DNA of 64,000 nt from positions 65,351,135 to 65,415,134 of the forward strand of contig NC_068989.1 in assembly GCF_001194135.2 (NCBI RefSeq). Reading direction: 5' to 3'. The DNA is from Octopus bimaculoides. Lineage: Eukaryota. Both the position numbers and the translations under genes were made by a program. Below the pieces are notes generated by a model. The model saw nothing but the letters and a program-made list of their open reading frames with translations, did no database searches and was not told where the DNA came from. Below, in pieces: positions 52,606 through 64,000 of this stretch (position 1 is its first letter; the number at the start of each line of letters is the position of its first letter).

Positions 52606-52740
52606 GATGGGCTTCTTTCAGTTTCAGTGTACGAAATCTACTCACAAGATTTTAGTCGTCTCGAGGCTATAGTACAAGACACTTGCCCGAGGTGCCACGC
52701 TGTGGGACTGGTTGGGAAGTAAGCTTCTTATCACACGTCT
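52274..52740 (-). mobile_element. SINE family A with expanded internal CA/TA tract
   Basis: Reverse-complement match, with a small deletion near the 5' end. Confidence 0.9.
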
Positions 52741-54418
52741 ACTTTCTTCTTTCCTTTTCTCCTCTTCTCTCTGCTGTATACGTGTTGTAATACGTGTGTA
52801 TACGACTCCATATGAATATTCACCCACATGGGTAGGAACGGACTCAACTTCAAGTTCATCTTCTCTGTCTGCTTTCCCCGTGCTCCAAGTTCCTCCACTG
52901 CACTGATGTTATATTGTAGCATAGATGGGGATGTGTATGTATGTATGTATGTATGTATGTATGTATGTATATACGTATGTATGTATGTGTGTGGGTTAGG
53001 CTCTAAACACTATTCTTTGCAGTTTTTGCTAAACATTGAGTGTCAATTTTAAAATGATCATACTATTTTCTACAAATACCTATGCGTTCCTACCAGTTAA
53101 GTTGTCGAAACCTGTGTATGTTACATAGACCATAAAATAAACATGATTTCTGTATTTGATTAATTCTATTACGCGGCTCACATTCCACACACTAGTCTAT
53201 CCTGTGGCTTGAATTCCCGCGTCTTACCGCACTGGATATAGGAATGGATTGTGGGACGTTCTGCTGAACCCAAACTTTTAGTTACGTGTCGCGTTTTACA
53301 GCGCAAATATATTCTCTCTCTCTCACTCTCCCAGTAAATGTTGGTGTATTGTTGTGCTACTATCCTATATATTTATACGTGTGTGTATGTATGTGAATTT
53401 GCACTCACATATACATACACGGAGAATGTCGTGTGGCATAAAATATGCCACACTATACTTCATTCAAAATTAGATCCGATTTGACAGATAAATCATTCTT
53501 GAGAAATTATAGTAAAAGAAGCAGTAGGTGTGACAACCCAGTGCACAATATATATATATATATGTATATTTCCCGAAATTTATTATTCAATATAACCATT
53601 GATTAAGAATGTGATCTGTGGGGGATTTGGTTCTGCTAATTTAAGCAGGTTGTACAATAATTTTATTGTAAACGCTTAGCAAATTTTGATATATCTGACG
53701 ATGAATGTGATTAAGAAAGCTGCTTTAAAATCCTCAGAAACCATGTTCTCTTAATTTAATAAAACTAATGATTTGAGGCAAAACTCCGGATACGAAAAAT
53801 ATAAAATTGTATATAATACATAGAAACTATTAGATTTTAAATTAATTGTAAATATATGAGGTTGAATGAGTCGTTACGTTTTCACAACCACATTCTAATA
53901 CATATAAAGTGTATATATTCACCGACACTGATTATCTATCTATCTATCTATCTATCTATTTGTATGTCTTTCTGTCTGTCTGCTTATCTGTCTGTCTGCC
54001 AAACAACGTACAGAATCAGAGTAATACAACAGTGAATAAATTCACCGCATATTATCCAACTCATGGGTATAGCGTTAACTGTATGTATGTGTGTATATAT
54101 CTAGGTAGATATTATGTTTCCTTAATTCAGCTATTAATGAGATCATTTGGAACAAGGAAGACTCAATAAATTTAAATGTAAAGCAGAAAATTACTTAGTA
54201 GTGGGCTCCAGTGATAGCAAAATCATAAAAAAAAACAGAAAAGAAAGTTTGAGTTGGAGTTAAGAATATAAAAGTTACGTTGTTAGTAAGTCTATACTTA
54301 TGCATACATTCATACCTATATAGAGACATAAATATCCACGTGCGCATGCGCACACACACGCACGGACACGCGCTCACACATACATGCACGCACAAATACA
54401 CACACACGCACACACACA

Positions 54419-54462
<44 letters not shown>

Positions 54463-54494
54463 NNNNNNNNNNATACATACATACATATATCCTC

Positions 54495-54541
<47 letters not shown>

Positions 54542-54664
54542 GTGTGTGTATATGTATATGGATTAAAAGAAGTATCCCAATTGCAGGGAGCTTAATACAA
54601 TTTATTTTCTTCATCATCGTCGTCGCTGTCGTCATCATCTCCATCAGCATGAACAGAATCGTCG

Positions 54665-54696
<32 letters not shown>

Positions 54697-54970
54697 GTTA
54701 TTATTATTTTTATTTATGTTATCGTTTTCATAGTTGTTGTGGCGATTGTCGCGTAGCATTAGCCATAATTTAACCTGTCTCGATATCGCAAATTATATAA
54801 GCAAAGCCATTAAATATACACATATAGATACAGATTTCGAGTATAAACACACGCACACACCTACACCGCCCCCAAACACACACAGAGATACACAAACCCA
54901 TACAAACTCTCTCTCACACGCAATCTAAATCAGACATACAGCATCAAATAAGTGCGCACACACAGGCAAA

Positions 54971-55002
<32 letters not shown>

Positions 55003-55560
55003 NNNNNNNNNNNNNNNNNNNNNNNNNNNNNNNNNNNNNNNNNNNNNNNNNNNNNNNNNNNNNNNNNNNNNNNNNNNNNNNNNNNNNNNNNNNNNNNNNN
55101 NNNNNNNNNNNNNNNNNNNNNNNNNNNNNNNNNNNNNNNNNNNNNNNNNNNNNNNNNNNNNNNNNNNNNNNNNNNNNNNNNNNNNNNNNNNNNNNNNNNN
55201 NNNNNNNNNNNNNNNNNNNNNNNNNNNNNNNNNNNNNNNNNNNNNNNNNNNNNNNNNNNNNNNNNNNNNNNNNNNNNNNNNNNNNNNNNNNNNNNNNNNN
55301 NNNNNNNNNNNNNNNNNNNNNNNNNNNNNNNNNNNNNNNNNNNNNNNNNNNNNNNNNNNNNNNNNNNNNNNNNNNNNNNNNNNNNNNNNNNNNNNNNNNN
55401 NNNNNNNNNNNNNNNNNNNNNNNNNNNNNNNNNNNNNNNNNNNNNNNNNNNNNNNNNNNNNNNNNNNNNNNNNNNNNNNNNNNNNNNNNNNNNNNNNNNN
55501 NNNNNNNNNNNNNNNNNNNNNNNNNNNNNNNNNNNNNNNNNNNNNNNNNNNNNNNNNNNN

Positions 55561-55591
<31 letters not shown>

Positions 55592-55889
55592 CATATATAT
55601 ATATTTATACATGTCTGTGTTTGTGTTTGTGTGTGAGTGATTTTCGGTGTGCGTCTCTGTGTGTATCTGAGTGAGTGTAGGTTTGTGCGTGTGTGAGTGC
55701 GCGCGTTTATGTGTTGGGCGAATATACTTGTACGTATGTGTGTGTTGATTATACATCCGTGTGCCTGCGTAAGTAATCTTATTTCCATATATAATTTTCT
55801 GTAGGAGACAGTTTGAATTACGGTTATTACTAGATGATAATGTGGTATGTATATTTAAATATATATAAATTTAAATAAAAAGATCTATT

Positions 55890-56357
55890 GTGGCGGTGGG
55901 ATAAGGAGTTTGCTTCCCAACTATGTGGTTCCTGGTACAATCCTCCAGGATTTTACCTTCAGCAAATGTCTTCTTCTATAGCAGCGGGCCGACCGAGGCC
56001 TTCTCAGCGACTATCAAACTACGCTGCATTGGTTTCTCTGCTTAAATAGCGCTGAGACCCAATATGTAGGAAGGGCATTATAATTTCTTTCCCTTAACAG
56101 ATCCTAATATCAAAAATTCTTGATTCTTAACTCTGTGTGCGTGTGTGTGGGTGGGTGGGTGTGTTTGTGTGTGTGTGTGCGCGCGCGCATGTATGGTTTT
56201 CTTTGTTCCGCAGCACCACTTGACGACCGGTTTTCGTTTGTTCACGTAGCAGTTTGGACAAAACAACCGGCAAGTACCAGGATTAAGTACTTAGGGCCGT
56301 TCTTCTGACTAAAACTGACCTCTGTCCAATGACTGCAACAGTGAATGGTAAAAGATG
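55890..56357 (+). mobile_element. SINE family A, old, degenerate and interrupted
   Basis: Head at 55890-56012 and body/tail at 56190-56357 are recognisable around an unrelated segment. Confidence 0.6.
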
Positions 56358-56487
56358 TTTTTGAATTTGGACTTGTCTACTTGTCTCTAAATATTTCTGA
56401 TTCCGCATAGAAATAAATAAATAAATATATACATATATATAAACAATAATAAATATCTGAGCGAGCTATAAACAATAGCTGAACGAC

Positions 56488-56878
56488 ATCATGAAGTATA
56501 TTTGCCACTTAAATGTGGCTAACCCTTAAGGGCTGATGCTATTATAGCTTGTAGCCCCAAGAAGACATCTCCTCCTGTAGCCTATTGACACACTTTCTGT
56601 GCCCTATCAGTATTTGCAAAGGGAAGCCTTTGCCATCTCCAGCTTGAAGTGATACACTCGGACCCGAGTCATCAGTGTGTTACAATCACCGGTTGGCGAT
56701 GGGAAGTGGTTCTCGTCAGTCTGGAGATGGGAAAGATGACTTCCTTTTGTAAATACTGATAGGGCACAGAAAGTGTGTCAATAGCCAGCGGGAGAAGATG
56801 TCTTCCTGGGGCTACAAGCTACAGTAGCATCACCCCTTAAGGCTTAGCCACGTTTATGCGGCGAACATACTTCACGAT
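56488..56878. repeat. Long foldback inverted repeat (arms 56488-56642 and 56721-56878)
   Basis: The ~155-bp arms are ~85% identical as reverse complements, including a perfect 34-bp block ctattgacacactttctgtgccctatcagtattt. The spacer is 78 bp. Confidence 0.95.
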
Positions 56879-56888
56879 ATATATAACA

Positions 56889-57592
56889 CTTCTCTCTTAC
56901 GCCAAAGCTAACAAGAGGCTCTTTCAGCTGCCTCTCCCATTCTGCGTACAGCTGCACTTCGCTCCTTACCTCTCAGTCCAATTGCTGTAAGCATCATTCC
57001 ATTCTGACTGAGCAGAAAATCCCCTACAGTCAACCTCAACTGGGAAAAGTCATACCTACCATCCCTTCTCCCTGCAATTTTGCAGAAGGCTCTCATATCT
57101 GACACGCTTCTGTTCATGAGTCTCATTACACCACACTTCCCACGGGACTGTGAGTTCAATTACGATAATTTTCTTGACCCTTTCAGACCACAGGACCACA
57201 TCTGGACTCAGCGCTGTATGGACAATCTAGGGAAACTGCAATCTCTCACGTAAGTCCACTTTTATATCCCATGGCTGAGATCCTTGCAGTAAGCTATATA
57301 TTGTTTTTGCTCACTTTACTGGTCTCTCTTCCTCTTTCACGAATTTATTTGATGCTGTTGTCTTCCCTTGATGATGATGTTTCTTGCACCTGTTCTGCCC
57401 CAGGGTGTGAGCAAGTATTGCAAACAGCCTATCATGGCGCCAATTACATTTGTCTTGAGGGAGTGCTATTCTGCACTCTGCCAAGATGTATGCCAGAGTG
57501 CCTCTTTCTTCACAAAGTCTACACAACTGATCTTCCCTCAAACCCCATCTGTGCAGGTTTGTTGGCGTCAGAAGTGTCATAAACCGCCCATG
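56889..57592 (-). mobile_element. Hero-type non-LTR retrotransposon 3' fragment (CCHC + RLE), with stops and frameshifts
   Basis: TPTNLHRWGLREDQLCRLCEERGTLAYILAEC...WRHDRL...SPDVVLWSE..KIIVIELTVPWE..HEQKRVRYESLLQNCREKGW...FPVEVDCRGF...AVRRMGEAAERASC*LWRKRE. These are the characteristic Hero motifs. Confidence 0.9.
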
Positions 57593-57606
57593 TATATATA
57601 CATATA

Positions 57607-57638
<32 letters not shown>

Positions 57639-58782
57639 NNNNNNNNNNNNNNNNNNNNNNNNNNNNNNNNNNNNNNNNNNNNNNNNNNNNNNNNNNNNNN
57701 NNNNNNNNNNNNNNNNNNNNNNNNNNNNNNNNNNNNNNNNNNNNNNNNNNNNNNNNNNNNNNNNNNNNNNNNNNNNNNNNNNNNNNNNNNNNNNNNNNNN
57801 NNNNNNNNNNNNNNNNNNNNNNNNNNNNNNNNNNNNNNNNNNNNNNNNNNNNNNNNNNNNNNNNNNNNNNNNNNNNNNNNNNNNNNNNNNNNNNNNNNNN
57901 NNNNNNNNNNNNNNNNNNNNNNNNNNNNNNNNNNNNTATATATATATATATATATATGCATGAGTGTGTGTGTGTGTTTGTGTGTGTGCATGTATGTGCG
58001 TGTGTACGTACCTGTGCGTGTTTGTGAGTCTGCGTGTATGCGTGTCTGCGCACGCGCTTTTGTGAGTGCCAAGTTCAATTCTATATCCTTTCCACTGCTA
58101 CCACTACTAGAGCTATTTTAGTCATGGAGAAAATGTGGCCGCCTTCCGCATAAGACACAAATGTTGTCTACTAGAGCCCCGAACCCTCTAAACGACTAAC
58201 CTCAATGAAGTACGAGGTGGCTTCTCAAATTTTTCCGGAAAATTATGATTAACAGAACTTATCGATAAAGAAAACACACATCAATCGATTGTGTAAAGCT
58301 AAAGCAATTACAACCCACTTTCAAGTAACTGGAACAAGTAAAAGGGATAAAAGAGATAATCCTGGTTACTCTATCGATCCGTTCACAAATGCATAACCTC
58401 ACACGTTTCGTAACAGACCTGCATGTTTCTCCAACACGGTTACTGCCCTTCTATTCCATTTTCATTGCAGTAACAAATATCCAATTCTCCCTCTCTTTCT
58501 TATCTTCTGGTTCACCTTTACTCCAGTAATTTTTCCTTATGCACTATCAATCATATCCGATAATAAACATTTTATCCTGAAGTACGCCTTTAACCGTGGC
58601 ATTACACTTAACGCCAGTGCTTCTGTTCGCACTCTTCTTATTTTCAATTGTTTGTCTTTCAATTGGAAATTTTGGCAGCAATCTCTAGGATTGCTTTGGG
58701 ATACGTTTTAGTTGCGCCGAAATGTTTCGAAGTTAACTTGGGACCCCAAACATCTGGATGATAGGTGCATCGTTTATTACAT

Positions 58783-58821
<39 letters not shown>

Positions 58822-59392
58822 TTTTGTGTGTGTCTGTCTGCCTCTTTGTGTCTCTCTTTGTGTCTCTCTCTCACTCTCTCTCCCTATATATGTATATATN
58901 NNNNNNNNNNNNNNNNNNNNNNNNNNNNNNNNNNNNNNNNNNNNNNNNNNNNNNNNNNNNNNNNNNNNNNNNNNNNNNNNNNNNATATATATATATATAT
59001 ATATACCTAAATTACCATCTATTTATCTCTCTATCTACACATACATACACACACATACACGTATATATTCACTCACATAAGGCAATCGTATATCGCATTT
59101 TAGCATACTGACTGCCCAGCATCTAACGTTTCATTACTTTATCTACAGCTTTGTTATCCAGATTCGGCAGAATATGACTAAACTTTACTTCTTCTTCAGA
59201 TAATTCCTTCCAAATCCTTTAAGCCAACTGCATGCTCGTCAATCAGTTAGATGATATATCACCAAGCAGTTAATTCTATCGTATGTAATCCCAGTTTGAT
59301 AAAGTGAAACAGATAGCACAATATCTTGAAAAGGAACACGTTCTTTAAAAGCTGGTAAGCTGATACCTCATGCAGTCAATTATTTAGATGTT

Positions 59393-59437
<45 letters not shown>

Positions 59438-59503
59438 NNNNNNNNNNNNNNNNNNNNNNNNNNNNNNNNNNNNNNNNNNNNNNNNNNNNNNNNNNNNNNN
59501 NNN

Positions 59504-59544
<41 letters not shown>

Positions 59545-60310
59545 GCATACATATATATATCATCTTCATATATTAAAGTATTTAAATATATTTATATACA
59601 TACATATGTATATATGTATATTCTTAGATACATACATATGTATATACATATATATTCTTATATTCATGTGTATGGATATAAATACCTATATATATACACT
59701 CACTAATTCATATACGTATACATGTATATACACATGTGTGTTCGTGTGTCTGAGTGTGTGTGTATCTATGTATGTGTGTCTCTGTGTGTGAGTGAGAGAG
59801 AGAACACATATTGATTGTAGATTACAAATTACAAGGGAACCGTTTGCACAGAAAATATATATATAAGAAATGTCAATAGAAATTATTATAGTACACTGTT
59901 GAAAAATACAGATGTACATATATCGTCTATTCCTGTTTGGTTTCTCTAATTTTTTTTCTTTTAGAAAGAACTACAATCTAGGTAGCTATAGTTGAAAATT
60001 GCTCTCAAGTTTTTGCATTACTCTCTACCTTATCGTTGAAATGGTTTCGTTGCCGAATTTCAGCTAAAGCATTGATGTCTAAATTAAAAGATTTATGCCC
60101 TCTGATCCACATGTTACATTAAAATTAATCTCTATCTTCTCTTACATCTACAAACTATAAAGGAATGTAAGTGTTGATGTAGGAACGTTAACAAGAGAAA
60201 TGAAATATTTACTGAAATTCCCAAGATGCACTACAGGCATCTATATTTTATACGTGGGTTCGATTTGCCTTAGTTTCACGTATATCCTTTTAGTTTTCCC
60301 TTTTTGCATC

Positions 60311-60517
60311 GCGTGTGTGCGTTCCCTACTACTCCTTGGCAGTCATTGTTGGTTTATGTCCCCGCAACTTAGCAGTCCGGTAAAAAAGATACGATAGAAT
60401 AAGTGATAGGTTTTAAAAATAAGTCCTGTGGTTGATTCTTTCAACTAATTCCTTGAAAGCGGTGTCCCAGCATGGTTTCATTCGAATGCTTGAAACCAGT
60501 AAAAGTAAAAGATATAA
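60311..60517 (+). mobile_element. SINE family A 3' half, degenerate
   Basis: Aligns to 13670-13865. Confidence 0.75.
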
Positions 60518-62353
60518 ATGATATGTATATCGACTCACACCTCTCCCTGCTATGTATTGTCATATTTTCATATTCTGTGTCTATATGGAATTCGGAAAGA
60601 TAATATGATATACTATCTCTATTGACGGAGAGAGAAAAAGCAGATTGGCAAGCTGATAGAGTGTAGTTATAGAATTAAAGCATCGGCTAAATGTAGCTGT
60701 CAATTTCTCTTCTTATGAGATCCCACTTCGGATAAAGTATCCTTTAAATTACATATGATAATTTTGTTTCTATATGTCACGCTAGTGCATGTCTAAGTGA
60801 GTGCATGGCAATGACTAGTTTATGGACGAATATAGAACAATATTTTCAACACAAGCGGCATTTTTGTGTATAGATAAGACTAAAATACAAGAGGAATATT
60901 TCTGATGTGTCTACAGTAAAGATTTTGTATTTTGGGAGGATCATTACACCAATAATAAACACGTACTAATTCAATTTCACGTTATTACTAGTCAATTGGC
61001 AAGTTATTTATCATCCAACTAATCGATCATTTGCTCAATAAATCCATGAAAGAATCAATAAGTTTTATCTGAAATTCCTTTCTATGCCATTTGCCATCTC
61101 ATCTATGAGATGCTCTCTCTCTCCTCCGTGTCTGCTTCAAATCAACAAGCAATTCATAAGTTATGTAAAATCTGAACCGAACATTTTTATATTTTCCTAA
61201 GTGCAATGATTACTTGGTTTGTCGTTCGTTTTAACTTGAAATCAGAGTAGAAACCACATTACATCTTCTTCTCTTCATTTCATATTAAACCTTGATCGAG
61301 CAAAGGAATGCCCAATGACATTCCAAAGTATGACAGTTCTACGTGTTTGGGTGTATGTAGAACTATATATGTCACTTTTATTTTGTAAGTTTATCGGATT
61401 AGATTTGTGATGGGTTTCGCTGTTACTTTTTACAAGCGCAGCGACTGTTTAGAAGTTATTTCTTTGCTTCGTAGTCTCGTAACGCCTTGGTTTATAGGTT
61501 TAGTTAATTACATTGCCCATTATCGTCTTCTGGCATTAATATTCTTTCATGTCAACGATTCCAACGAATAAATTTGTAGTAAGAGATTCAATATTCCATC
61601 ACTTACTTCAGTTGAGTTTAATAAAACAATTTGCTTTATTACTTTTCAGTAAATACGTACGTGACTTCCTGTCTGTGAATTTCTTGAATTGATAATTTTT
61701 TTTTTTGTTTTGCGGTGGAGATGGTGATATTTTAGTACATGAATACAAAATCCAATGATGACTCTTCATATAGCATTCCTTTATTTTTTATTATATATGT
61801 ATATTTCTTGTTAGGAAGAGTTTACAGACTGGATAATACTGTGGAACCGTGTAATGTTTACTTTTATCGCAGTATTCCTTTGTTTGGCAATGACTTAATT
61901 CCGAAGCACTGGAAATCGCAGTTGATATTACTTCTACACTATTTAGATTCGACAAAGAATCAATACTGCAATATTTGATGGTACATTGTTGCGTTATACA
62001 ATACACAATGTGCTAGATATACTTGTTTATTTTCAATTCTTCATCTTGATTTTATCTGCGTATTTCATAGTTTGTTGAAATATTCACAGCATTTTTTCAT
62101 TTATGCGTACAAGATGTATGCACACCTGCATATACGCATACACAGACATACGCACACGCACACGTGTGTGTATCTGTGTACATGTGTGTGTCTATACAAA
62201 AGGCTGAATAAACAAACGAACTGCAGTAGCATTCAACACGTACATCTTGAAAGACATATCTTCACGTCAACAAGAATTCAAGTAACACGAGAAACTAAGT
62301 CAACCTCTTACTCAGTACACTCACACGCACACATACAGACACAAACACACACA

Positions 62354-62392
<39 letters not shown>

Positions 62393-63251
62393 GCACATAT
62401 ATATATTGCACACACATACACATACATATATATGTATGTATGTATGTATGCACGATCTTATAAACGACGTACTATGTGCCTATATCATATACTTATATAA
62501 AATATGTACGAACTGGATTTGATACGACAATTTACGATTTGTGAGAAGTATAACCCTATAAACTGAGTACAGTGGAAAAAGTGTCTCTCAGTTTTCCATT
62601 TCAAGATTACTTGATTATTTATATTTAGCCAGTTATAATCTGGTACTGTAAGGCTGCTTCCGAATGTAAATGAAATATGTAAGAAAGTGATATTGGTTAG
62701 TCCAAAGTTAGCAGTGGTCAAGTAGAACCATGATCAAAGGTATTCAAGCCGTGACTAACCTTTATTTTTAGACGCATTTTATTACCAAATGCATTATTCA
62801 ATATGTCGTTCCTTTTTATTAGGTCTTTATTTGATCTTGTTTTATTGTCATTCGCATCGGAAGTCACTAATAATGTAAGTAATTTCATAGTTTCACGTTA
62901 GTCATTATTTACAATCGCTTCAATCACTCCACAGGTATTAGGCTTATAAGAATAATAGATCAATAGTTGATAGGGTGAATACGACTTTGTCGGTTGAAGC
63001 AGGAACCTTTCATAGCACAAACACAGTAAGTGTTAGTATAGACAGCGTCATATTCAACCTCTTCAGACCTGAACATCAGAAAATATAGTTGCACTTGACA
63101 GCTTTGAATACGATGTATTAAGAAAAGTAATTGAGATGTAAGAGACTTGTTTAGACACTTCGGCTCAGGAATATTGACTACCTTGAAGACTGGCATATAA
63201 GAGTAAAATTATTTACGGTTTATTCACGATTTATACCGCAAAAATACGGAA

Positions 63252-63313
63252 TACTGAATAATGTCTTTCTTACATACTGCTCTACTGAATAATGTCTTTC
63301 TTACATATTGCTG
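63252..63313. repeat. 31-bp tandem duplication
   Basis: tactgaataatgtctttcttacata(c/t)tgct(c/g) x2. Confidence 0.9.
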
Positions 63314-64000
63314 TAAATAATCTGGCCATATATATGTTGGAAAATATTTCTTCAAACGACATAGTCCTGTGATATTATATGTGCTTGGTTTCTATGGCAT
63401 AGCTTATAATTGTTCAAATGAAGTCATTAACTAAGGTATTCAAAGTTTGTTTGTTTATTCTGAATGTTTCTTCCCATTGGTTGAAATAATTTCAGAGTTG
63501 ACGTGTAACTTGATTTAAGTGCATGCGTGGAAAGGGTTAGAACTGCATCAGTTGTTAGGTGGCAGGTATGTGGCAAAACGTTTTTGTACTTCATGAAATT
63601 TATATAAATTTAAATTGAATTTAGCAACTTTGTGTGTTATTTAATAAATGGAATGACCCCTTCACGGTGTAGTTGCTGTTATATTTTTTCCTATTTCAAA
63701 ACGTCATAAATCATCATTAATATTTTCAAATTTAAATTGTATTATAATCTGCGATAAACTTAAAAAAACTATATCTGACAGATAAAGATTTATCATTCTA
63801 CTTGTGAATTTGATAAATAATAAAATGATGAATGCGTCTCTTTTGACTTCACAAAGAAACAACAATTACTTGCAAGAAACATCAGCTAGAATTAAAAAAA
63901 TCAAAAGATGAAAAGCACTTCTGAAAATATTTATTAGATCCTCCATTGATGTAATACCGTTTCAGTAACTCAAAAATTCACACCATTTCATCAAAGCTAT

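Noticed and set aside
62960-63196. 78-aa minus-strand ORF and nearby splice-like signals on both strands
   Set aside because: No recognisable motif, conflicting strand signals and no phase-linked partner.

Overview
AT-rich, repeat-dense animal genomic DNA from a draft assembly with 16 N-gaps. The SINE families and extreme microsatellite load suggest a cephalopod, probably Octopus (inference only). Most of the window is dispersed repeats. These are several tRNA-headed SINE families, two R4/Dong-type RLE LINE remnants associated with (TAA)n, a Hero-type RLE LINE 3' end, Penelope-like fragments (GIY-YIG coding remnant and degenerate hammerhead-like motifs), MITE-like elements and two long foldback inverted repeats. 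The best host-gene signal is a chain of five phase-compatible GT-AG exons on the minus strand (20822 to 6451). They splice into an open ~208-aa C-terminal peptide I do not recognise, with two weaker upstream candidate exons. Nearly all long ORFs in the supplied track are artefacts of N-gaps or microsatellites. No rRNA, intact tRNA or CRISPR was seen. Family names come from recalled motifs, not database searches. Identities are hand estimates.
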